This document shows positions 8,755-18,552 of a DNA stretch of 64,000 nucleotides, in pieces. A program made the position numbers and the translations under genes. The notes below the pieces were generated by a model. That model saw only the letters and a program-made list of their open reading frames with translations, was not told where the DNA came from and did no database searches. Origin of the DNA: a virus (taxonomy: Duplodnaviria; Caudoviricetes); IMG/VR virus record IMGVR_UViG_3300033064_008235, positions 1,691 through 65,690 of that record. One strand, written 5' to 3'. Positions within the stretch are counted from its first letter, which is position 1. Each line of letters starts with the position of its first letter.

Positions 8755-10683
8755 TTATTTTACAACTAGATTGGCTGCTTCCGCCTCGGTGTATGTGCTC
8801 GGAATCAAGTTTGCACGGGCAGGAACTGAATTGGGTGTGCTAGGAACCACTGTGTCTTGTCCGGTTCCCACAGCATCCAGAACGGATACATTTCTACCTT
8901 CTCTCAAACAGGCCACTATGGCTTGCCCACCTTGTGTGCTGAGATTGGCAATGGTTTCAAGGAACTGTGCTGGTCCATCTTGTTCAGTATTGATTCCATA
9001 AGCAGGCAAACTCTGCACCAAACTTAGAATTGGTCCGCGGCTGGTCGGATCTAGATTGGCCACGTCTATACTGGCCAACGAAAGATTGATGTTCTCTGTG
9101 TTGAGATTAGCAGCCATGGAAATAAAATTACTGTTCAATACTGAAGATTGTGTGGGATACAGACTTTCAATTCCAACAACTTCCGCAGCAGCCACCGTGA
9201 TCAATGCATTCAGTGCTGCATCGGGATTGATATAGGTTCCTGTGCCCGGCCCTGGGGGAATATACACTATATCGTCTATGCCTGTATTATAAACTCCATC
9301 CACTGTGTTTAGCATGCGAGTGTAGATGACAATCAATGTGTTCAAGATTCCATCTGATGTCATGCTATTGATCGTGGTGGTAACATTGGTAAGATCACTT
9401 GTAAACGGTACTCCAACTGCTGCACCCAACAGATCAGTTATGACCAATGTTCCATTGGGCCCTGTGCCAGTTGCATACGTGTCAGCATAGAATTCCGCCA
9501 CTGATGGTGGAACTGCTGTGGTCAATGAACTTATGAGATCAAGGTCTCGAGTGGTCTCCATGTTGGCAAAGGCCAACGCCAACTGTATCAAACTCATGTT
9601 GTTGATATTTTTAATTTGTTGCAAACTCACTGTGATAGCCTTGCAAGCCAATGCTTGATCTGGAGGAATGATCAAACTCAATCTTTGATATGTGATCATA
9701 TTGCTACCACCCAGGATCAGCACATATCGTGGCAAATAAATCAACAACTTTGAATTCACAGCGCCTTGGTTGTTGTCATAGATGGCGCGAAGCACAGTTG
9801 ATGTCGATTGATTGTAAGTTCTCACTGTGAGACTGGGATAGCTGTTGGGCAATATCTTGACTGGATTTAACAAGTCAGCCATGTTATTGATGTTTGGTGT
9901 GCTTACTCCAAACACAGCCAGCACCTGTTCTAGTTCTGTGCCGGTGACATTCAACATGCCCTGATATGCTAGTCGTTGCAAATTGTCACTTACGGTGACA
10001 TTTGGAGTTGCAATGTTGTTGATATCAGCTTGGTCAATTCCTGCTTGAATCAATGCATTGCTTACTCCTGGGGTGAGGTTGGTCAATGAAGCCAATCGTC
10101 TCAACAACGAAGCCGGTGATCCAAAATTACCAAGGTCGGCAAGATCAATCAATTGTCCTAGCGCAGCTAGATCGACACCAAATGCCAACATGGCCAAATT
10201 CACATCACTGAGATTTCCAGTGATTAAACTGTTCATTGTGGTAAAGGTTGATCCTAGATAAGTTTGGCTGTTGATACTGGTATTGATATAGTTGTTTGTT
10301 GCACTCACATATCCTTGTGCTGCCGGGAACACCTGTGCAAACACAGTCACATTACCGTTGCCAAGATAACTATTGCCTTGTTCAGTGATTACTCCAGTGA
10401 ATCCAGAATTTACATTTATCCCCAAATCAAGATAGGCCGCAGGTGTGTTGTCAGCCAGTGCTGGTACTGTGGAAGAGCAAAACGTAGACATACTGATCAA
10501 TGTGCTGGCAGTGATACCAGCTGATCCTGAATTAGCTATTGCAGCAAAGAAAGGAACAAGCAAAGAGGTACCGGTGTAAGAAGTTGCCGCAGCAGTCCAA
10601 GTGTTGGCAATTCTGATGCCACCGTTGTTGCTGAGCGTGGCACCAGCAATCATTTGCAAAGGAGTCAGAATGCCAATGGTCAT
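8755..10683 (-). CDS. Putative virion (tail/baseplate) protein
   Basis: 642 aa, N/T/S/A-rich and charge-poor; directly after the PAAR gene. Confidence 0.6.
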   Translation of the reverse strand: MTIGILTPLQMIAGATLSNNGGIRIANTWTAAATSYTGTSLLVPFFAAIANSGSAGITASTLISMSTFCSSTVPALADNTPAAYLDLGINVNSGFTGVITEQGNSYLGNGNVTVFAQVFPAAQGYVSATNNYINTSINSQTYLGSTFTTMNSLITGNLSDVNLAMLAFGVDLAALGQLIDLADLGNFGSPASLLRRLASLTNLTPGVSNALIQAGIDQADINNIATPNVTVSDNLQRLAYQGMLNVTGTELEQVLAVFGVSTPNINNMADLLNPVKILPNSYPSLTVRTYNQSTSTVLRAIYDNNQGAVNSKLLIYLPRYVLILGGSNMITYQRLSLIIPPDQALACKAITVSLQQIKNINNMSLIQLALAFANMETTRDLDLISSLTTAVPPSVAEFYADTYATGTGPNGTLVITDLLGAAVGVPFTSDLTNVTTTINSMTSDGILNTLIVIYTRMLNTVDGVYNTGIDDIVYIPPGPGTGTYINPDAALNALITVAAAEVVGIESLYPTQSSVLNSNFISMAANLNTENINLSLASIDVANLDPTSRGPILSLVQSLPAYGINTEQDGPAQFLETIANLSTQGGQAIVACLREGRNVSVLDAVGTGQDTVVPSTPNSVPARANLIPSTYTEAEAANLVVK

Positions 10684-10686
10684 TGT

Positions 10687-10968
10687 TTATCCTGCAAACA
10701 CAGTTGCACTGCCAGTGGCAACAAAAGTACAGCCAGCCAGGCCATCACCAACTCTTGCCAATGGCCTCAGATTGGCAAATACTGTGATACTGCCACTGGA
10801 AATTGGTGCCACGTGTGGTCGACATCGATGACCTAGATGAGGCGTACTGAGATCACCAAGACTAGCCGCTGGTTTCAAATTAACAAATACTGTGGGACTG
10901 CCCGTTGCAATCACAAAAGGACTGCAATGTGGTACTCCGTGATCACCCAATCTTGCTACTGGTCGCAT
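10687..10968 (-). CDS. PAAR-repeat spike-tip protein (gp5.4-like)
   Basis: MRPVARLGD, PAASLGD, PLARVGD, ATGSxTVF repeats; start reassigned to 10968. Confidence 0.92.
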   Translation of the reverse strand: MRPVARLGDHGVPHCSPFVIATGSPTVFVNLKPAASLGDLSTPHLGHRCRPHVAPISSGSITVFANLRPLARVGDGLAGCTFVATGSATVFAG

Positions 10969-11158
10969 ATGCCTTCTCCATAAGTGTATTAAACAGACCC
11001 GGCCATGCTTCAATTTCTTCGTGCTGCTGTTGAGTATGCGGCTCTGAAGGAATTTCTGGGAGAAATTCTATCACATGGTCTAGGTCGTCTGGGATATCGT
11101 CATAGCAATCGTATACTTCAATCACATCACGACGCATGATCACAAATCTATGTCCCAT
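10943..11158 (-). CDS. Hypothetical late protein
   Basis: Start MGHRFV immediately after TATAAATA. Confidence 0.65.
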   Translation of the reverse strand: MGHRFVIMRRDVIEVYDCYDDIPDDLDHVIEFLPEIPSEPHTQQQHEEIEAWPGLFNTLMEKAYATSSKIG

Positions 11159-11162
11159 ATTG

Positions 11163-11170
11163 TATTTATA
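11163..11170 (-). promoter_or_regulatory. T4-type late promoter
   Basis: TATAAATA upstream of PAAR/structural genes. Confidence 0.75.
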
Positions 11171-11186
11171 GGAGCAAAAACTCGTA

Positions 11187-11477
11187 TCAACCCAAATGTA
11201 TACTGGTGGTACTTTGCATGTATTGGTCAGCAAATGATTTGTCGCTGGCCACTGCCACGGTCACGGTGAGTTTGTTCAAGCTGATATCTTTGTCCGGTGC
11301 CACAGTAAACAAGTATGGCATCAACCCTGGTCCCTTGGCACCCATGGCAATTACCATGGGTTTTGACAGTTTGTAATGTGTGGCTGTTTCTTCGTTGAGT
11401 CTTGCTACCAATTCCTCACCTGATGTGAGTTTGAGTGTAACTACTTCGCCTGCGCTAACGCCTTTATCTATAAACAT
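11187..11477 (-). CDS. Sm/LSm-like fold protein
   Basis: GEVVTLKLTSGEELVARL resembles the Sm1 motif. Confidence 0.55.
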   Translation of the reverse strand: MFIDKGVSAGEVVTLKLTSGEELVARLNEETATHYKLSKPMVIAMGAKGPGLMPYLFTVAPDKDISLNKLTVTVAVASDKSFADQYMQSTTSIHLG

Positions 11478-11723
11478 TTATTCTCCATATCCACCAGCGG
11501 TTTCTTCAATGTATCTTCTTAGTTCTGTGAACCCGCCAATGTAGTTTTTGTTCACAAAAATTTGTGGTAGTGTTTTTGCTGCAGGAACTGCTGCCAACAA
11601 CTGTTCCTGGGTGTATCCATTACCAATTTTCTTTTCTTCATACGCGATATTGCGCTGCTCCAACAAGGCTTTGGCTTGGTCGCAGAATGTGCAATTGTCC
11701 CGACTCCAGACTATAGCTGACAT
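11478..11723 (-). CDS. grx: Glutaredoxin
   Basis: CTFC active site, TLPQIFV, IGGF; follows nrdB. Confidence 0.93.
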   Translation of the reverse strand: MSAIVWSRDNCTFCDQAKALLEQRNIAYEEKKIGNGYTQEQLLAAVPAAKTLPQIFVNKNYIGGFTELRRYIEETAGGYGE

Positions 11724-11732
11724 AATTTTCCT

Positions 11733-12836
11733 TTATAAATTTGGTAGTTGATCGTAATCAACTTCCCCGCCAAGCACACCAATAACATAATTTGTACTCT
11801 CGGTTTCCTGTAACGCGGCCTGTTTGTTTGATATTGAAACATGCTTGTTGAACCATGGAATAGGTGTGTTGCGTGGTGCTGCAGATTGATATTTGATGCC
11901 AATATCTTTGAGAGCACCAACTGCTGTGTAATCCACAAAATCTTTGAGAATGTTGGCATTGAGACCAATCACTGGGCCCATCTTGAACAAGTAGTCAGCC
12001 CAGTCCTTTTCTTCACGAATCACATCCTGATACAATGCATATACTTCTGCTTCGCAGGCGTCTTTGGCAGCAGCAAATCGACTGTCTTCTTTGATCACTT
12101 GATTGATAAGATATGCAGTCCATCCTTTGTGCAGCAATTCGTCTTGCAGAATCAATCCAATGATATTACCATTGCCAATGAAGATTTTGTTTTCTACCAT
12201 GGCCAAGCTGGTGGCAAACGATACCATGAATCGGAATGCTTCTAATGCATAGCTGGCATTAAGCGCCATCCAAATTGCCCGAATGTGTTCTTTTTCAGAT
12301 ACAAGTTCTGGGTTGACTTCTTTAAAGCAATTTAGTCTATGCAGGTTATCATAATATTTGCCCACACTTGACGCCATGTCTACAATTTCTGTAGTGTCAT
12401 GAATGGTATTAAAAACATCCTTGGGCACATTGTAGATGTTACGAATGATATGGCTGTAACTCTTTGAATGAATATTTGTTTCAAAAAACCCCCAGTTATA
12501 CATCAATGCTTCTACTTCGGGTAGGCTGCACACTGGAGTAAACACTTGTGTGGGCCCGCGTCCTTGTAAACTGTCTAGTGCAGTCTGACGCAACAAATTG
12601 CTGGTAAAAATATGCTTGACCGCATCACTTGCCTCCTTAAAATCGTTTGCGTCTTTTGTGAGACTGATCTCCTCAGGTTGCCAGAAGAAGCCACGTGCAG
12701 TAGATTCAAAGTCTGCAATCTTTTTATATTTGACTTCTTCAAAGCGTTGAATAGTTACTGGTCCTGCCGGGTCCAAAAACATCTTACGATTTAAATAATC
12801 TGTCTTGGTGGTTAAGTTGTATTGCGCTTGACTCAT
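11733..12836 (-). CDS. nrdB: Ribonucleotide reductase class Ia beta subunit
   Basis: FFWQPEEI, LDSLQGR, ETNIHSKSY, LEAFRF, DELLH, ALQETESTNY; start reassigned to MSQAQY. Confidence 0.96.
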   Translation of the reverse strand: MSQAQYNLTTKTDYLNRKMFLDPAGPVTIQRFEEVKYKKIADFESTARGFFWQPEEISLTKDANDFKEASDAVKHIFTSNLLRQTALDSLQGRGPTQVFTPVCSLPEVEALMYNWGFFETNIHSKSYSHIIRNIYNVPKDVFNTIHDTTEIVDMASSVGKYYDNLHRLNCFKEVNPELVSEKEHIRAIWMALNASYALEAFRFMVSFATSLAMVENKIFIGNGNIIGLILQDELLHKGWTAYLINQVIKEDSRFAAAKDACEAEVYALYQDVIREEKDWADYLFKMGPVIGLNANILKDFVDYTAVGALKDIGIKYQSAAPRNTPIPWFNKHVSISNKQAALQETESTNYVIGVLGGEVDYDQLPNL

Positions 12837-13744
12837 TTTATCACACCCTCGGCAGTTACTTGAATATTGCTTATGCTCCAGTATGCTCCTGTACTGTTGC
12901 ACAATGAACCCCATGAACAACTGTTGTTCCACCACGGTGCCGAACTAGGACCTGCTGGACTATAACCTTGCCAAAAAGATAGATTCAACCAGTAACCATT
13001 CTTCATACTGGCTACCAATGAAGTCATATCCACAGTACCGCTGCCCTCTGCACCTGATCCAACTGAACTATTGTAAACCACCACGCTTTTGTCATTTTGT
13101 GAATATGTCACAGTCATGGTAGGGGTTGTTCCATACGTGAAATCAGTTACCATATCGAATGGTTTTGTCATATCAATAGTACCAACCAGACTATGCAACC
13201 CATTGGTAGCAGTGGGTGAACTGGTCATTGCTGAGTAGTTGAAGCAACTGTTGTTGGCAGTGTCTGCAAATGAGTATTCATATCGTTGAGGAGCACTTGA
13301 ACCGCCTGTGCCCAAATGCATAGTGGTTTGTGTAATCTTGTTACCATTGGTTTCTAAGAAATCAATTTCTTGGCAGTTCCATTGTGTACCATTACCACCT
13401 GCATCACAGTAGTTAGTACCCGTGGGTTGAACACTGGGTTGAACTGGATTTGATACCATGTAGAAACTGGCATTAACATAGTTCTGTGATAGTTTTGACA
13501 AATCAACAGTTGCCTTGATTTGTGTGATGTTCACATACCCTTGTTCGGACACAACTCTACCTGCTGCACAATTTGTGCCTTCACCAAATGTCACTGAGTT
13601 GCCAGATATAACAGGATCAGTTCCGCACTTGTTGTAGTCCACTACAAACGCAGGAGTAAATGTGTTTGCGGTTGCAGACGGTGCTGATGTTTTACCACAG
13701 GCCGCCAATGCCAATATGCCGAATATAACTAATAATTTTTTCAT
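12833..13744 (-). CDS. Lipoprotein glycoside hydrolase, clan GH-B (GH7-like/GH16)
   Basis: Lipobox LAAC; VDLSKL..VNASFYMV, NYCDA, CQEIDFLETN, IDMTKPFDMVTDF, GYWLNLSFW, SISNIQV. Confidence 0.75.
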   Translation of the reverse strand: MKKLLVIFGILALAACGKTSAPSATANTFTPAFVVDYNKCGTDPVISGNSVTFGEGTNCAAGRVVSEQGYVNITQIKATVDLSKLSQNYVNASFYMVSNPVQPSVQPTGTNYCDAGGNGTQWNCQEIDFLETNGNKITQTTMHLGTGGSSAPQRYEYSFADTANNSCFNYSAMTSSPTATNGLHSLVGTIDMTKPFDMVTDFTYGTTPTMTVTYSQNDKSVVVYNSSVGSGAEGSGTVDMTSLVASMKNGYWLNLSFWQGYSPAGPSSAPWWNNSCSWGSLCNSTGAYWSISNIQVTAEGVIK

Positions 13745-13755
13745 GTGTTTTTCCT

Positions 13756-15585
13756 TTAGAGTTTACATGCGATGCAATCATCTTGATCGTCAAAGTCAAT
13801 AGGTTCCAACATTGTTGGAGCTTCTTCTGCCACTGCTTTACTACCTGCTTTGTTGATCAAACTGTAGTAAAAAGTTTTTAGTCCCCACGCATGAGATTGC
13901 ATTAGATTTTTAGCAATCAATGTAGTAGGAACTTTACGATCTGGAAAATGTGCAGGATTATAAAAAGTATTGGTACTGATCGATTGATCAACATACGCCG
14001 CAATCACTGCGGCTGTTTTCAAATACCCGTCGCAATCTTTCTGTTCCCACATCAGTTGATACTTGTTCTTTAGTTTATGATATTCAGGAACAACTTGTAC
14101 AAATGATCCTGCTTTGCTTTCTTTCACGCTGATCAAACTCATTGGCATTTCAATACCATTAGTTGAGTTAATAGCAACGGAACTTGATTCCACAGGGGCC
14201 ACAGCACCATTGGTAGCATTACGCACACCATAAGTGATCATGTCTTTGCGCATGGGTTCCCAGTCTAGTTCAGGAGAGAAGTCAGTTAGTTCATTCACCC
14301 CCTCGGCTCGTAGTTCCCAAGGAAATACTCCTTGCCCATAACGTGTGTGATCTGAACTCAAACACTTGCCGCGTTCTTTAGCTAACTCTACTGACATTTC
14401 TGTAAGATAGAATGTTTGATGTTCCATCCAGGTTTTGAGTTCAGCTAATGAATCTTTTTCACCATACTTGAGATTGCGTTTTGCATGCCAATAAGCAAGA
14501 TTAGTAATACCAATGCCCAGTGGACGAATCTCATCATTGCTTAGTTTGCTTTGAATTGACAAGAAGTCTTGGTAATCTAAAATGTTGTTGAGACTGCGAT
14601 GCAATATACGGCAAGCACGGCGCATGTCTTCTGGGTGTCTGAACGCACCCCAATTTATACTCCCGAGGGTACAAAGCGAGATTCGGCCCTGGTCATCATC
14701 GAGTCGTTTAAAGCTCTTGGTAGGCAAAAGTATTTCTTGACAGAGGTTACTCTGATAGATAGGATCAACCTTTGTATCAAACGGACCTTGTCGCTGAACA
14801 TTGTCAATGTATGTTAGATATATTCTGCCAGTATCAGTTCTTTCTTTTAATATTCCACCTTTGAATACTTCTTCAGCACTCATTGTTTTCTTCCGAATAT
14901 CAGTGCGTTTTTCGTATTTTACATATAGAGCCTCAAACAAATCAATGTCTCTATAAAATGCCTCATACAGATCGGGGACTTCATTAGGGTCAAAGAATGT
15001 AATATTACCCTGATCTTTGAACCTGCGCCAAAAGAATGCTGATAATACTACATTATAGTCCATATGCCTAACTCGAGTCTCCTCAGTGCCTTGATTATTC
15101 TTTAATACAATCAAATCATCAAACTGATAATGCCAAATTGGATATGTGATTGTGGCACTGGCATTACGAATTCCGCCCTGGCTATTATGTGTTAAAACCA
15201 TTGGCCCATCATTGCTAGAAGAAGCAAAAAAGGTATGAGTATCTTGTACTGTGATATCGATATATTCCACCTTGTTACTCTGCCCCACAGCCGAGACAAG
15301 TAACCGAGTAAATCCCAGTTCTGTCAGAACACGATGGTCACTGGTTAGTTCTTTGGGGTTTTTTTGTAAGAATTTGCCGGTTTCACCCAGTACCATTATA
15401 GGATGATTTATTGAACAGTTTAGCACCACTCCATTTTCAAACTCTAATCGAACCTGGTCCTCAACATCAACCCTGGTGTTGAACTTGTCAGTAACTGTTT
15501 TAAAAACAATTTCTCCCAGTTTGTTCATGGTTTTTATTTCCATACCTATCACTAGGTCTTTTATTTGTATTTTTTTAGTTTTCAT
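13756..15585 (-). CDS. nrdA: NrdA C-terminal part with 134 aa IntC (15184-15585)
   Basis: Intein CSINHP, YIDITV..THTFFA..LTHN|SQGGIR; then SNLCQEI, LCTLG, RPLGIG, APVESSS, DQSIS, C-terminal CIACKL. GGAG RBS before MKTKK. Confidence 0.95.
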   Translation of the reverse strand: MKTKKIQIKDLVIGMEIKTMNKLGEIVFKTVTDKFNTRVDVEDQVRLEFENGVVLNCSINHPIMVLGETGKFLQKNPKELTSDHRVLTELGFTRLLVSAVGQSNKVEYIDITVQDTHTFFASSSNDGPMVLTHNSQGGIRNASATITYPIWHYQFDDLIVLKNNQGTEETRVRHMDYNVVLSAFFWRRFKDQGNITFFDPNEVPDLYEAFYRDIDLFEALYVKYEKRTDIRKKTMSAEEVFKGGILKERTDTGRIYLTYIDNVQRQGPFDTKVDPIYQSNLCQEILLPTKSFKRLDDDQGRISLCTLGSINWGAFRHPEDMRRACRILHRSLNNILDYQDFLSIQSKLSNDEIRPLGIGITNLAYWHAKRNLKYGEKDSLAELKTWMEHQTFYLTEMSVELAKERGKCLSSDHTRYGQGVFPWELRAEGVNELTDFSPELDWEPMRKDMITYGVRNATNGAVAPVESSSVAINSTNGIEMPMSLISVKESKAGSFVQVVPEYHKLKNKYQLMWEQKDCDGYLKTAAVIAAYVDQSISTNTFYNPAHFPDRKVPTTLIAKNLMQSHAWGLKTFYYSLINKAGSKAVAEEAPTMLEPIDFDDQDDCIACKL

Positions 15586-17191
15586 TGTTTGTTCTCCACA
15601 CATACACATTGTTGCCGCAGTCCCAGAATTTATAGAAGTTGTTGTCTTCCATATTTTGCCATTCGGACTTGTTGGGGTCATACAATGCTAGTTTATTTTT
15701 AAGTTTGTGCTTTTGAAAGGCCGACCTGTGTTCGAGCCCTTTGTTTGTTATATACCAGTAGTTTGGTAATGTGGTATGAGAAAATGTCAATCCAATTTTT
15801 TCGTACATTGCACCGGTATTCCACCTCAAGTCTGCATAGCTAATAATACTGACAGGTAAATTTTGGGTTATGAAATGTTTAAGTAATTTACTAGCACCAC
15901 CCACTACCGTATTTTTTGATGCATATCGTACCAGTTCCCACTGATACTGTTTATTAAATCTAGCCTTAGAAAATGACATAACTGCTTGTATCTCTTGTTT
16001 CCATATCAATGCATATCTAATACTAGCTGCTGCATATCCTTGTATATGATGTGTTGAAACAAATAGCTTATATGTGGAATTGTCAATTTCAATAAGTTTA
16101 CACTTCCGGCCGTGTACTCGGCTGCTTTTTCCTAATTTATTATATAATCTTTCTCGAACAATATCAAACTTATTATGTATTTCGTCATCTGTGATATGTA
16201 ATAGCTGAATAGATTTGCTTTTTGCAACAATCATTTTTTGTTGGTGGTACAAAGGATCTTTAATAAACTGAGTAGAATGCCAATAAATGCCATCAATTTC
16301 AATTCCAAGATTATGAGAAGCAATAAAAATATCTATTTCTTTTCCGTTAAGAATTTGTCTATTATTAATTTCATATTCTATATTCATACTGTCTAATAGC
16401 TCGCATACCTTTTGTTGTGTGCTAGACACAGTGAATTTGGTACGAATGATATTGTATTTGTCGAAGTAGTGGAGCACTGTACTCCACGCAATTCCTAATT
16501 TTGCAGCTAACACCACGCTGGATACATCTTTATTTGCTTCTAACCATAATATGTCGTTTAATAACGTATAAACAACAGAATCCCGTCTGGCAGCGTTTGC
16601 CTTTTGCCTATTCTGTTCTAACACAAGTGTGGATTTGACGCCATAACGAATTATATTAGTTTCAGCAGTTTTAAGTTTGATTCCTTCGTTTTGCATGGGA
16701 TTAGCGTATCCATACTTTTTTAGATTAGTGTTATTTCTTTTTTCTACCGCGGTGTCTGAGTGGCTGAAGCTTGCGACTCCGTGTGTGTCCGCCCACAATT
16801 CCTTTAGCCCTGTTATATAATTTTCCGACTGTCTAGCCCAATCTACTCCGTATTTTTTCCTACATGTGCTTTTCTTTTTCTCAGTTATCTCCAATGATCC
16901 GTATCCGCCGTAGTTTGCCAGTACAGTTTGTTGTCTTTTTTCTATTACTTCTTTATTTCCCGAAGCACATGCTTTAGAACAAAAATTAGAATATCCTTTG
17001 GCAAATGAAATTAACTTGGTTATTGTGTTACAAGATTTGCACGTGGAAGGACCAGTGAGACCGTGAAACAATTGATATGCAGTCTCCCCACTTATATTAA
17101 CTTTCTCTAAAGCACGTGGATTTAACCTGCCGGATTTGGTCAGTAAGTTATCAATCACAAACTGCCGGTCAATTTGTGTCATCTGACTCAT
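15575..17191 (-). mobile_element. Free-standing Vsr-like (Hef-type) homing endonuclease inside split nrdA
   Basis: EIDIFI..LGIEIDGIYWHS, KYG repeats, CxxC, C-terminal WELVRY..GGASKL..SYADLR..WDCG; overlaps both nrdA halves. Confidence 0.85.
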
Positions 17192-18125
17192 CCTCGTCTA
17201 ATACTTCTACCCAAGTTTCAGGAGTTACGCAGCAACTACGCAGGTCGCCAAACCATTTCTTTAAAAATGGTATCATGCCGGTGTGCATGATCTCACCACC
17301 ACGGATGGGTGAGCCCAGTGACCGTAGTCGTCCAATCTCCAAACCAATGCCAGCACGTTTGCTGGCATACTTGGCCATCATTTCTCCTGAAGCAAATATG
17401 CTATCCAGGTTATCATCGCTGCGTATAAGCACACAGCTTGAAAATTGCTTTGTAGGAGTACCCAGTCCAGCAAGTACAGGAGTAGCAAGAGTAAAGAGAC
17501 CGTCCGAAGCGGCATTGTAGTATTCTTTGATGAATCGCATTCTGGCTGAGTTCGGTTCTTCTGAGTGAAATACAGTAGCGGCCGCGACCATGTATCTAAC
17601 TTGTGGAGTTTCATAAGTTTCCTTTGTGGCACGATTTTTCACCAGATATTTTTCAATCAATTGCTCAATAGCAGCATAGCCGTATTGTTCGTCCTTGGAA
17701 TGATCTATCATGTCTTGCATACGGTTCCAATCGGCTTCATCGTACCATTCCAACAGTTCAGGAGTGTACAAGCCTGTGGCCACGTTTTTCTTTACAATTT
17801 CGTACAGGTGGGGAGGCTCATAAGAGCCATATACATCTTTTCTCAACATGCTGAGACGTTGCTTGCCTGCCACATATTGATAGTTGGTGTGCCCAACATC
17901 AGGATTGTGTTCTATATCAATCAGGTCCACAATGGCTCTGAGTGTGATGCCATCAATTTCTTTGGTAGTAATGCCATCGTAAAAGTGCATCTGTGCTTTG
18001 ATTTCCACCATGCTTTGACTCACGTCAGCAATACCTGCACATACTTTGGCAATTTGGGTTTGCCACTTCTCTAGGCTTAATTGTTCTTTTCTTCCGTTAC
18101 GTTTGATAACTGTGATTTGTGTCAT
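17169..18125 (-). CDS. nrdA: NrdA N-terminal part with 20 aa IntN (17172-17231)
   Basis: ATP cone (VIKRNGRKE), ETPQ, TPVLAG, QFSSCVL, AGIG, then LRSC|CVTPETWVEVLDEDESDDTN*. Confidence 0.95.
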   Translation of the reverse strand: MTQITVIKRNGRKEQLSLEKWQTQIAKVCAGIADVSQSMVEIKAQMHFYDGITTKEIDGITLRAIVDLIDIEHNPDVGHTNYQYVAGKQRLSMLRKDVYGSYEPPHLYEIVKKNVATGLYTPELLEWYDEADWNRMQDMIDHSKDEQYGYAAIEQLIEKYLVKNRATKETYETPQVRYMVAAATVFHSEEPNSARMRFIKEYYNAASDGLFTLATPVLAGLGTPTKQFSSCVLIRSDDNLDSIFASGEMMAKYASKRAGIGLEIGRLRSLGSPIRGGEIMHTGMIPFLKKWFGDLRSCCVTPETWVEVLDEDESDDTN

Positions 18126-18129
18126 ATAC

Positions 18130-18552
18130 TCAATATAGTTGTTGTTTTACATCGCCCTGTGTGATGTGATGTTTGTTTTGCTGTAGATTGATATTTAACC
18201 TAATAGATTGGTCCCAATTCAATACATATTTCTCACTCTCTACCAGGACTAAATTGCCCTGGTCAGAATCAACCAGCACAGCGTCTTGAAGATCCACACG
18301 ATCCAGCACAGTAATAGTATACAGTATTCCTAGTCCGCGAGCAAGATCACAATAGATATTGTCACTCAAAAGTTGCCAGGGATCTGGCCAATCCGCTTGA
18401 TCATCCCAGTGTAAATGATAAGCTCGCCAGGGGGTTTGCTGCCACCAGGAATTGATCTCTTCCAGGGCATCCGGCTTAGGCAGTGTGCCAACGCGATCTC
18501 TCAATGCGTTCCACGCTGCTAAACGTTGTTCAAAGGTTGAACACCACATCAA
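18130..18552 (-). CDS. Hypothetical protein (WPDPWQLL..N.YC motif)
   Basis: 140 aa ORF coupled to upstream gene. Confidence 0.7.
   Translation of the reverse strand: MMWCSTFEQRLAAWNALRDRVGTLPKPDALEEINSWWQQTPWRAYHLHWDDQADWPDPWQLLSDNIYCDLARGLGILYTITVLDRVDLQDAVLVDSDQGNLVLVESEKYVLNWDQSIRLNINLQQNKHHITQGDVKQQLY

Noticed and set aside
15575-17191. Group I intron explanation for the interrupted nrdA, gp41, uvsW and uvsX
   Set aside because: The endonuclease ORFs overlap or nearly abut the flanking ORFs, leaving no room for a ribozyme core, and the flanks carry complete intein blocks with proper starts and stops.
17172-18125. Identical ATGACACAAAT at the starts of nrdA-N and its endonuclease
   Set aside because: Short, includes the ATG, and the endonuclease start is uncertain; compatible with chance.
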